Shown: one piece after another, positions 9,700 through 17,944 of the stretch
Position numbering within the stretch: the stretch's first letter is position 1
Layout of the letters: each line of letters begins with the position of its first letter
Source of the DNA: a virus
Lineage: Duplodnaviria; Caudoviricetes
Length of the DNA: 42,136 nt
IMG/VR virus record: IMGVR_UViG_3300025648_000817
Coordinates: 1 to 42,136 of that record
Reading direction: 5' to 3' (one strand)
Program-made: the position numbers and the translations under genes
The notes under the pieces: model-generated
Told to the model about the DNA's origin: nothing
Database searches by the model: none
The model's input: the letters and a program-made list of their open reading frames with translations, nothing else

Positions 9700-11271
9700 C
9701 TATAACGATTGTAAATCTTGAATATTTGATAAACTAAACATACGAATCCCAAAATCATTTTGAACACTTGTTCCACTTATTCCTATTGCTATTGATTGGA
9801 AGTCTGCACCTGATGGAATAAAAACTGGTAGGTCTGTATTTTGTCCAAGTATCTTGCCACTTCCTAAATAATCACTTCCTAAATTGAATATGTTATTAGG
9901 AACATTAACAGGAATTGTTATAACATTATTGACTATACCTTGATAAGCCAATTCAATATTAAAGTTGTTTGTTCTTGAAGAATTGACTAAAAATTTTATT
10001 CCTTCAATTGTTTTATAAACTGAGGCTTGTCCTAGCTCCATTTTAGGGAAGTTTGTATAGAACTTATACCAAGAACCATTACTAGCATTGTAATCACCAC
10101 CAAAAGTATTGCCAGTGTCTTCTAAATATATTTGACCAGAAGATGTTCCTGTATATACTTTAGCATTATAATTGCAAGCTGTAGTTGCTGGAGTTCCCAC
10201 TCTAAGATAAATAGGAACTAATTGTTTTTGATTATAATATTGAAAATCAAATATATAACATAAAGAAAGATTATCAACATTATTTTGTTTTACATACATC
10301 CATATTTGATTTTTAGCTGGATAAGGAACTATAGTTATCGTATTTAATGAATTTAAATCTAATAAAGTAGCCAAATTTATATGTATTTTATCTGTTAATG
10401 AAGCTCCTAAATGTAATTGACCTTCATCTGACTTACCTGTTATTAGAGTTAAATTAAGATTTTTATTATTAAAGAAGTATTCATTACCATTAAAATGTAT
10501 TCCTCCTGTTGGTGAGGATGTTCCTACATTATCAAAGCCCTCTATTGCAAAGCTTGATGTGTCATTACCTGATAACAAGTAGATGTGATTGGAAGTTCCT
10601 ATGACCATATAGGGTCCCATGTTTTCCATCCAAGTTATATTATCAGTATTGCCCATGAAATTATTTATATAACCACCAAACAGATTATTTGAAGGATCAT
10701 CTACCCATTGTGTAGGATCGCCTAAGTCAGAGTAATAAAGATTAGCTCCATCTGCTATCCAAAGTCTGGAAGCATAAGAACAACATACTTGACCATTAAC
10801 TCCTCTTACTGCAAATATTCCAGTATTGGTTACTGTATTTGTTGTTTTATCATAAATAAAAGCTTCATTTGTACCATTACAAACTACTGCTTTTTGTAAA
10901 AATTGAGTATAATTACAGCTTGCAGTTATGCTTAATCCTGTTTTGAGTACAGTAGGAGCTACACCAGTTCCATTGAATAAATAGAACTGGCCATCTCCTC
11001 CATTGAATATTAAATAATGTGAATTAGCTACTTCATAGTCAAACATACCCAAAATGCCACCAGTTATTTTGGTGGCAAGTAAAGGAGTATTTCCCAGCAT
11101 GGGCTCTAGTATTCCATTAACCACCCATACATTTTGAGATGAAGTCCAATATAAAGGTGCAGATACATCATACATTATATCTTTGTATGGAGAGTCTGAT
11201 TCGGAATTATAGGAGATTCTGTAATCCAACCCACCATACAAATTTCTTAAATCTTGACATTTTATTGGCAT
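9700..11271 (-). CDS. Tail nozzle / DNA-stabilisation protein (P22 gp10 / T7 gp12-like)
   Basis: Beta-rich; RLWIADGANLYYSDLGDPTQW motif; probable start MPIKCQ at 11271 after GAGG RBS (track start 11346 overlaps the upstream gene). Confidence 0.7.
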   Translation of the reverse strand: MPIKCQDLRNLYGGLDYRISYNSESDSPYKDIMYDVSAPLYWTSSQNVWVVNGILEPMLGNTPLLATKITGGILGMFDYEVANSHYLIFNGGDGQFYLFNGTGVAPTVLKTGLSITASCNYTQFLQKAVVCNGTNEAFIYDKTTNTVTNTGIFAVRGVNGQVCCSYASRLWIADGANLYYSDLGDPTQWVDDPSNNLFGGYINNFMGNTDNITWMENMGPYMVIGTSNHIYLLSGNDTSSFAIEGFDNVGTSSPTGGIHFNGNEYFFNNKNLNLTLITGKSDEGQLHLGASLTDKIHINLATLLDLNSLNTITIVPYPAKNQIWMYVKQNNVDNLSLCYIFDFQYYNQKQLVPIYLRVGTPATTACNYNAKVYTGTSSGQIYLEDTGNTFGGDYNASNGSWYKFYTNFPKMELGQASVYKTIEGIKFLVNSSRTNNFNIELAYQGIVNNVITIPVNVPNNIFNLGSDYLGSGKILGQNTDLPVFIPSGADFQSIAIGISGTSVQNDFGIRMFSLSNIQDLQSL

Positions 11272-11284
11272 TGACTTGTTTTCC

Positions 11285-12265
11285 TCACCAAGTTTGTCTG
11301 GTAATTTTAATACACTGTTGACCTTCTTGAGTGTTTCTTGATTCATTTATCATATTACTTACTCTTTCAGAGAATTTATCAATGTATATTGATTGACGTA
11401 CATCTCCAAAGAATAAAACAGATAATGCACCCGCTACAAACGTATTATGGAAAGAAATATCACAGTTAGGTGTATCACTAGCAAATTGCATTATTTGTCT
11501 TTCTACGGACACTCTAGCACCCGCAGAATGAGTGAACGTTAAATTGCCCACAAAAGTCAATAAATTGTTCACAGTATCTATTGATTGAATAACTCCAGTT
11601 TCTACTATACTGGTATTATTATCTATATAAACAACATCACCGACTTGAAATACACTCTGAGTATTGCCATACATATCTACATCTTGTGTATGATCTACAG
11701 CTAATATCTTTTGTCCTGATTTATTTTGTGTTCCTGTAGGAGTTGCTACAGAGGCATTAGAGAGTGCCCAGTTCCTACAATAATATAAACATATCATTTT
11801 ATAAGGTTTATCGGGGATAGGTTTTAAAAGAACTTGATTATTATAAACTGTATAATCTCTTGGTAATCCCATTGTCGTGCTTAGACCAATATTGTTTGCA
11901 ATAAATCCTGGTAAACCATCGGCAAAAAATTCTTCTGAGTTTTCGTTATATTTCAATGTTACATATCTTGCTGGCTGTCCTAGCATATTATAAGATACAG
12001 GTTGAATCATTAATCCGTCTTGTTTTATTTTACCAGTGAATCCTGCTGCTGGTAAATCATAATTGTATTGTCCTGCTACACAAGTCATATTAATTTCTCT
12101 TTTACGATAATCGTAATTGAAATTGAGCCAAGTATCTTGTAAGCAGTTGTTAAGTTCTAAAGCCACTTTACCATATATTTGTGGGTTAATATCAGACCAA
12201 GTATTCAAAACAATTGAATACTTGGTTAAAACAGTTTCTCTTATTAATTCTAAAAATGAAGCCAT
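11285..12265 (-). CDS. Head-tail adaptor (tail tubular protein A-like) with inserted beta domain
   Basis: MASFLELIRE..LN...W.F, GQYNYDLP, GLPRDYTVY..LLKPIPDKPY motifs typical of adaptors. Confidence 0.7.
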   Translation of the reverse strand: MASFLELIRETVLTKYSIVLNTWSDINPQIYGKVALELNNCLQDTWLNFNYDYRKREINMTCVAGQYNYDLPAAGFTGKIKQDGLMIQPVSYNMLGQPARYVTLKYNENSEEFFADGLPGFIANNIGLSTTMGLPRDYTVYNNQVLLKPIPDKPYKMICLYYCRNWALSNASVATPTGTQNKSGQKILAVDHTQDVDMYGNTQSVFQVGDVVYIDNNTSIVETGVIQSIDTVNNLLTFVGNLTFTHSAGARVSVERQIMQFASDTPNCDISFHNTFVAGALSVLFFGDVRQSIYIDKFSERVSNMINESRNTQEGQQCIKITRQTW

Positions 12266-12287
12266 TTATATTTTATTTCCTAGAAAT

Positions 12288-12593
12288 TTATTTAACGTCT
12301 TGCATTGGTACTTTGTTGAAATCAAAACTTCCTAAGTCTTTACTTTTAAAGTATTTGTTGGCCGCTCTATTAGCAGAACCAGTGAATTTTTTACCACAAT
12401 TATTTTGAAGGTCTTTAAACCATCTTTCATCTTCTTTAGAACCGCTAACCCATTCATAATCTTTAATGCAATATGAAAGTGCGTGTTCAAATACTTTTCT
12501 ATCTATTGCTGATACTATACCAGTTGCCAAAAATCTTACTGAAATTGAAGTATCATTATAATTTCTTACTTTTTGTATAATTGAATCTGACAT
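12288..12593 (-). CDS. Hypothetical protein (head region)
   Basis: 101 aa ORF with RBS, in operon. Confidence 0.5.
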   Translation of the reverse strand: MSDSIIQKVRNYNDTSISVRFLATGIVSAIDRKVFEHALSYCIKDYEWVSGSKEDERWFKDLQNNCGKKFTGSANRAANKYFKSKDLGSFDFNKVPMQDVK

Positions 12594-12630
12594 GTGTTTA
12601 CCTTTCTTAATTACCTGCCTTAATTAAAGC

Positions 12631-12652
12631 AATGGGGGATTTCTCCCCCATT
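12631..12652 (-). terminator. Stem-loop downstream of capsid/decoration genes
   Basis: AATGGGGGA-tttc-TCCCCCATT perfect 9-bp stem. Confidence 0.55.
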
Positions 12653-12663
12653 AACTTTTTATT

Positions 12664-13113
12664 CTATTGGAATGTTACGCCGATACCATTAGTATTAGCT
12701 GAATAATCATTGATATGCAATTGTTCTGCATCTATATTGATTGTGCTTCCTGCTGTGAATCCTACATTGAAATCAATGATAAGATTGTCAACAATGTTTT
12801 TCATATTTCTTTCATATTGATTAAGAAGTATGGTTACTGTTGAAGCTGCTGGTATATTGTAAACTGTATCTTTCATTGCCAATGCAAATCCACCACGAGG
12901 ATTAACAGGGTCGGAATATTGTCCTTTTCTGAAATATACATAGTTGGCTGTGCCAGCATTGTATATTTGAACTCTGGTGCTGCCGTTTTTCTGACTTAAT
13001 GCTAAAGGAACATAGATTCCTGCTGCTAATACTCCTGCTGTAAGAGTATAAGGAGCATCTAAAATAGCATCATATTGGTTTTGAAGATTTACTGAAATTG
13101 GAACTCTTGCCAT
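12664..13113 (-). CDS. Putative capsid decoration / minor capsid protein
   Basis: 149 aa, beta-rich, immediately after the capsid gene and before a hairpin. Confidence 0.45.
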   Translation of the reverse strand: MARVPISVNLQNQYDAILDAPYTLTAGVLAAGIYVPLALSQKNGSTRVQIYNAGTANYVYFRKGQYSDPVNPRGGFALAMKDTVYNIPAASTVTILLNQYERNMKNIVDNLIIDFNVGFTAGSTINIDAEQLHINDYSANTNGIGVTFQ

Positions 13114-13126
13114 GATTTATCCTTTC

Positions 13127-14065
13127 CTATATAGTTGTCTGAGCTGAGTAATTGAATGTAATGTATGCAGAAGCACATTTATCAGGTCTTATCATGCCTA
13201 CGCCGAATATACCTAAGCCTCTGAATACATCACCGAAAGCAAGTTGCCATCTAAGATGCTCAGAAGTCAAAGCTTTTTGCATGATTGTTCCGAAAGCTTC
13301 ACCATCAATAAAAGCAAATACATAGTAGTTGCCTAAAGCATCAGCAGAGAGATAATTAGATTCAAGAATTTTAAATCCTGCAAATTCTCCAATATAACCT
13401 TCTTCTTTATCTTTTTCACCAGCTAATGTGAATTGTGAATCTTTGGTTGCAATTAGCATACCAGTTAAAGCAAAAGGAACAATTATTGACATTTTTCCAG
13501 GAATCCATGAGGTTCTTGGAACACCATCAACAATTTGACCTATGCCAAGTAATGTTCTCATGTCTTGGAATATCTGTCTAACATTTCCATATCCTACTGA
13601 AATAGGAACATTAGAAGCTAGATTATATTGAGGTGCTGTATTAAGTGTGAATCCTGCTTGTGTGATAAGTGCGATATAAGAATACTCGATAGCATTTTCA
13701 AATTTATCAGAAGCGTTTTTAATCAAGTTGCCCATGAAGATGGATTGCTCATCGTGAGCTAAAGCGTTAACCTGTTTAATTTTCTGATCATAGAAAATGA
13801 AGTTATAATATAATGGATATTGAACTCTAATTTTGTTCATGCCATTAGCAAGTTCTTGAGGTGCTGATGTATCACCTTGATAAAGTGATACGGATACTTC
13901 AGGAGTTAATGTGAATTCGATTTCTTCATCAACTGCTAATCCTGTTTTGAATTCTGTTTTTGAAGCTTTACCAAAATGAGGAGTTCTTTCTAAGTTAACT
14001 TCTGGTATTCTTTCAAATCCTTTTTGAGTCAAGCCACTTAGCTTGGAGTTTAATAAGGTTGACAT
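13127..14065 (-). CDS. Major capsid protein (HK97 fold, P22-coat-like)
   Basis: 312 aa after scaffold; GYIGEFAGFKILESN and FGDVFRGLGIFGVGMIRPD C-terminal pattern. Confidence 0.75.
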   Translation of the reverse strand: MSTLLNSKLSGLTQKGFERIPEVNLERTPHFGKASKTEFKTGLAVDEEIEFTLTPEVSVSLYQGDTSAPQELANGMNKIRVQYPLYYNFIFYDQKIKQVNALAHDEQSIFMGNLIKNASDKFENAIEYSYIALITQAGFTLNTAPQYNLASNVPISVGYGNVRQIFQDMRTLLGIGQIVDGVPRTSWIPGKMSIIVPFALTGMLIATKDSQFTLAGEKDKEEGYIGEFAGFKILESNYLSADALGNYYVFAFIDGEAFGTIMQKALTSEHLRWQLAFGDVFRGLGIFGVGMIRPDKCASAYITFNYSAQTTI

Positions 14066-14081
14066 TTAAAATTTTTCCTTT

Positions 14082-14987
14082 CTATCTTTTTTTCTTTGCG
14101 AATAACTTCTCAAAGGCAGCATATCCCCCATCTGAACTAACTTCTCTAGGATGACTTCCTCCCAATTTAGGTTCTTTATTTTTTATATCATCTCTGGCTT
14201 TATTAGCTGCAAATTCTTTAGATAATGCTTCTTTGTGCTTCTCTATTGCTTTTTCAAATGCTGGAAATATGTTTTCTACTATATCCTGTGGGACTGCATA
14301 ACCTTTTTGTTTTATTTCTTCCCATGCTTCTTTTATAACAGGATTCTTTAACCTATCACCAAGCATTTCTTCTGCTTTTTCATGATTCTGTTGTACCTTT
14401 TGAGAATAAATATTTTTTTGTTGTTCTTGTATCTTTCCGATAACTGTTTTCTTTTCTGATTCATATTGTTCTTTTATTGAATCATATTCACTATCTAATT
14501 GATAATTGAATTGAGCCAGCATCTCGGCTTTTTGTGCTGCATTGTATCCCATCTGTTCAAGTCTATGTGTTTCTTGAGCTATCAATTGAGCTTTACCTTG
14601 TTTCAATTGATTTATCTTTTGTTGATAAACTTGATTGGCTTGTTTTTCTTCTTCACTACTCTTAGCTTGTTCAGTTTCTAATTTTGTAATAGCATCAGTT
14701 TTAGCTTTATCAGCCTCGGCTTTTGTTCTTGCTGAATTTTCTTGTTGTAGTTTAGTTAATGCAGCCTTTGTATCTTTCAGAGCTTTCTTTGTTCCATCTG
14801 GGTCTGATGGGTCTGGCTCTTGTGTTGTTTGTTCATCTTCACTTACAGCCTCAGTTGTTTTATCAGGTTCATCTGCATGAGTAGTCTTTTCAGGCTCTGC
14901 TTCGTGAGTAATCTGTTGTGTTTCAACATCGGTAGTTGTTTGTGTTGATTCATCAGGCACACCTGCCATTTGTTCTAACATTCCCAT
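14082..14987 (-). CDS. Capsid scaffolding protein
   Basis: Acidic disordered N-terminus, long coiled coil, directly upstream of capsid. Confidence 0.7.
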   Translation of the reverse strand: MGMLEQMAGVPDESTQTTTDVETQQITHEAEPEKTTHADEPDKTTEAVSEDEQTTQEPDPSDPDGTKKALKDTKAALTKLQQENSARTKAEADKAKTDAITKLETEQAKSSEEEKQANQVYQQKINQLKQGKAQLIAQETHRLEQMGYNAAQKAEMLAQFNYQLDSEYDSIKEQYESEKKTVIGKIQEQQKNIYSQKVQQNHEKAEEMLGDRLKNPVIKEAWEEIKQKGYAVPQDIVENIFPAFEKAIEKHKEALSKEFAANKARDDIKNKEPKLGGSHPREVSSDGGYAAFEKLFAKKKR

Positions 14988-15121
14988 TAATTATCGCCTT
15001 TCTAAGTTATAATAAAATAAAACCGTACGTTATGTACGGAACGCCTTATGGAATTTATAATAGGAAAAGCCACAAGATATGAGGCGGCACATCTGTTCAG
15101 TTTTACCCTAGTGGCATTAAG

Positions 15122-15256
15122 TTATTTCTTTTTCTTTACTTTATTAGGAAGCTTCTTGCCTTTAGAAGCTTTATTAAATTCTTCTACTGTTTTAGCACCA
15201 ATCTTGTCTTTATTAACATTGAAATATTTTTCTTGAGCTTTGGATTTGTATGGCAT
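15122..15256 (-). CDS. Small basic peptide (MPYKSKAQ...KKKK, 44 aa)
   Basis: Read by hand, below track cutoff; TAATG-coupled to the upstream ORF; MP(F/Y)KSKAQ start is common in phage head regions. Confidence 0.7.
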   Translation of the reverse strand: MPYKSKAQEKYFNVNKDKIGAKTVEEFNKASKGKKLPNKVKKKK

Positions 15257-15396
15257 TACTTCAAAGCCTCCTTGATAGTTTTAAATGCTTCTACCGTTGC
15301 CTTAATTTCCTGTGGAGTCTGTTTAGCTATTTCTTGAATTAATTTCAAGATAGCTGGTAGATTTTCAATAAGTAAAGTTATATCTTCTGGTGTCAT
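15256..15396 (-). CDS. Small amphipathic peptide (46 aa)
   Basis: MTPEDITLLIENLPAILKLIQE...; AGGAG RBS. Confidence 0.6.
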   Translation of the reverse strand: MTPEDITLLIENLPAILKLIQEIAKQTPQEIKATVEAFKTIKEALK

Positions 15397-15460
15397 TTTT
15401 TACTCCTATAAAGTAATATTATTATTATGCAAAGGATTGTTGCATCTATCATTGTTTCCA

Positions 15461-15589
15461 TTATTTTTTCTTCTTATTTATTTTAGCCAATGCTTTTTTA
15501 TCTATTGCTTTATCTTTAGGAGAGTTCTCTTTGACTTTTTTATCCATCTTTTTATCCATTGGTGATTTTTCAAATTGTTTCATAGTCAT
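15461..15589 (-). CDS. Small Lys-rich peptide (42 aa)
   Basis: MTMKQFEKSPMDKKMDKK...INKKKK read by hand. Confidence 0.55.
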   Translation of the reverse strand: MTMKQFEKSPMDKKMDKKVKENSPKDKAIDKKALAKINKKKK

Positions 15590-15593
15590 TTTC

Positions 15594-15788
15594 TTAGCCA
15601 TCTTCTTGCTCCATTCCTAATAAATTTTCTAAAGTATTAATATCTTTACCAAGTTTTTCTTCTGTTCTATAAAAGAACTCATAAGAAGTTGTCAATATTT
15701 CTTTATCTTCAAATATTATTTGTTCTATACCATGCCAATAATAAGCAGGAATAGTAAAGATAAGAAATCTCATTAAAGATTTAATCAT
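15594..15788 (-). CDS. Hypothetical protein
   Basis: 64 aa ORF with AAGGAG RBS. Confidence 0.5.
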   Translation of the reverse strand: MIKSLMRFLIFTIPAYYWHGIEQIIFEDKEILTTSYEFFYRTEEKLGKDINTLENLLGMEQEDG

Positions 15789-15957
15789 TTATAACTCCTT
15801 TGATATTCTAATATAATCAGCTGCTAAAGTTTTATAGGCTTCTTCTCTTGTTAATTTTTTTGACCTAGAAATATTTGTTCTCATTCTATTTTTTAATTCT
15901 TTATTTATCATATTAGTATTAAAAATATTATCGAAAACATTATTCATCAAAAACTCC

Positions 15958-16254
15958 TTATAATCCTGTTATGGTTTTAAGACTATTTGCAGTATCAAAG
16001 GTTAATTTAGCTAATTGTGCTTCTATTGCTACTAGTGCTGCTAATATTGCAGTTACATTTGTTGCAAGGACAGTAGCATCAACTGCTGCTGTTACTTGTG
16101 CTTGACTTGCTCCCACTCCAGGAGATACTGGGATATTATAACCATTTGTTTCCAAAGCTTTTAAGAAATAAGTTAGAGCACCTATAATCATTTGTTGCTC
16201 AGCACCCATTGAGCTAACTCCTGATATACCTTGATTATAAAGAATTTCTGCCAT
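15958..16254 (-). CDS. Hypothetical protein, possibly virion-associated
   Basis: 98 aa, Ala-rich helical C-terminus. Confidence 0.5.
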   Translation of the reverse strand: MAEILYNQGISGVSSMGAEQQMIIGALTYFLKALETNGYNIPVSPGVGASQAQVTAAVDATVLATNVTAILAALVAIEAQLAKLTFDTANSLKTITGL

Positions 16255-16256
16255 GT

Positions 16257-17705
16257 TTATATTCCCTCTATTCTTTTAGTTAACATATATTCGTTTAAGT
16301 AACCATGAACTTTTCTTATACATTCAGGTCTATTTTTATTTATATCTATTGGAGTGTGTCTAAATTCTGTTATAACACCTATTAAAAATGATTTAAGTTC
16401 TTTACTCAATATACCATTTTCTTTCCAAAAAGGCAAAGATGTATCTTTGTTTATTATTTTGTCAATAAATTCAGGAGTTATAGAAACAATTGTTTTTATT
16501 TCATCTAATGCTTTTTTGCTTATCATAAAACAATTGGTTCTTATAAAATCTTTTATTTCATAACCATCTATTATTGTATTAGGCTTTGCATCACATAATG
16601 TACCAACTATTGTATTCAATCTTTTGCATTGAGTTATTGCAGCATCTGAAATAACAGAATCGAAGTCAAAGTAACACCCAGGATTGAATAAAGCATCGTT
16701 TGCAAATAGAATGACATCATAGTCAATTTTATTATCATCTAATAATTCTATTCCTTTCTGCCATCCACTAAACTCACCAGAGGAATTATCACCTTGTATA
16801 TAGTTTATATTATTTTTTCCATAGGTATATAATTGTTTTTCCTGATTACTTATAATTATTGAAGTTCCTTTACACTTCAACATTTTAAGATATTTTTCAA
16901 GATAAACATAAGCATAAGGATATTTTTTTTGGTCATATTGCAAAAATAAGACAACAAGTTTAATGTTTTTATCTATTCCTAATGGGTCATAGATAGTGTT
17001 TTGGTCATGTATTAAAAAATCAGTGAAGTCATAACCAGCACCAGCAATATCAACTCTCGCTCTTTTTTGTTTCTCTATGAAGTCTTCTTTAGATTTACAA
17101 TAATAATGATTGAGATAAATTGTATGACTACTATGTTTTGTAGTCAATGGATAATCGATAGGTTCTTTGTTCTCCGTTACACAATATCCATCAGTATAAG
17201 AGAATGAATGTGGATTCCAAGTTGATTGTATTTTTCTAGGATTGGCAATTGTTTTAATATGTTTATTAATTTCAAAATCATCAGAAGCTCTATAAGTGAA
17301 ATTATCTATTATATTTCCTTGTGGTCTTTTTTCATGTCCTGAACTACCGTATATTCTCCAATTTATTCCTAATCCAGAATATTCTTCATATTCTTTCATT
17401 AAGTCTGGTAATGGTTTTTCACTTACAATAAATTCATCACAATCAATAAAAGACATCCACTGTGTTTCTTCTTTGTGAAGTGCCACACAGTCCATATAAG
17501 CATTAAGTTGGCAAGGAGCTTCATAATTCCATATCTTGTAAGTTACTACGTCTTTATAGGCCTCCAGAATCTCTCTGGTGTTATCATAAGAGTTATTGTC
17601 ATAAATATAAAAATGTTCTATTCCAATTCTTTTATGATATTCAATCCATTCGACAAGATTCTTGCCTTCATTTTTGATAATTGCACAAATAGATAAATAT
17701 TTCAT
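16257..17705 (-). CDS. Glycosyltransferase (GT-A fold, GT92/GT2-like) fused to a second domain
   Basis: LSICAIIKNE..LVEWIEYH..IGIEHFYIYDNNS.D, WMSFIDCDEFI (DxD), LNHYYCKSKEDF. Confidence 0.85.
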   Translation of the reverse strand: MKYLSICAIIKNEGKNLVEWIEYHKRIGIEHFYIYDNNSYDNTREILEAYKDVVTYKIWNYEAPCQLNAYMDCVALHKEETQWMSFIDCDEFIVSEKPLPDLMKEYEEYSGLGINWRIYGSSGHEKRPQGNIIDNFTYRASDDFEINKHIKTIANPRKIQSTWNPHSFSYTDGYCVTENKEPIDYPLTTKHSSHTIYLNHYYCKSKEDFIEKQKRARVDIAGAGYDFTDFLIHDQNTIYDPLGIDKNIKLVVLFLQYDQKKYPYAYVYLEKYLKMLKCKGTSIIISNQEKQLYTYGKNNINYIQGDNSSGEFSGWQKGIELLDDNKIDYDVILFANDALFNPGCYFDFDSVISDAAITQCKRLNTIVGTLCDAKPNTIIDGYEIKDFIRTNCFMISKKALDEIKTIVSITPEFIDKIINKDTSLPFWKENGILSKELKSFLIGVITEFRHTPIDINKNRPECIRKVHGYLNEYMLTKRIEGI

Positions 17706-17715
17706 TTATACCGCC

Positions 17716-17940
17716 TTAACTTATTATATTATCTATGTCCTTAAATATAGAGTTTCTGCCAGCTATAAAGCCAGCTAAATAAGTTGCTTTCTCAGGAGTA
17801 CTATAATTGGATTGAGTCAATATTTGAAAAGATTGCTCCATTTCATATTCTTTAAAGGCTTGATAATCTTCAAAGATAATCTTGCCTTTAAAGAGTGAAA
17901 TAAAGAATTGTTTTATTTTGTCTTTTATGCTTTTATTCAT
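17716..17940 (-). CDS. Hypothetical protein
   Basis: 74 aa ORF immediately after portal. Confidence 0.5.
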   Translation of the reverse strand: MNKSIKDKIKQFFISLFKGKIIFEDYQAFKEYEMEQSFQILTQSNYSTPEKATYLAGFIAGRNSIFKDIDNIIS

Positions 17941-17944
17941 ACTA

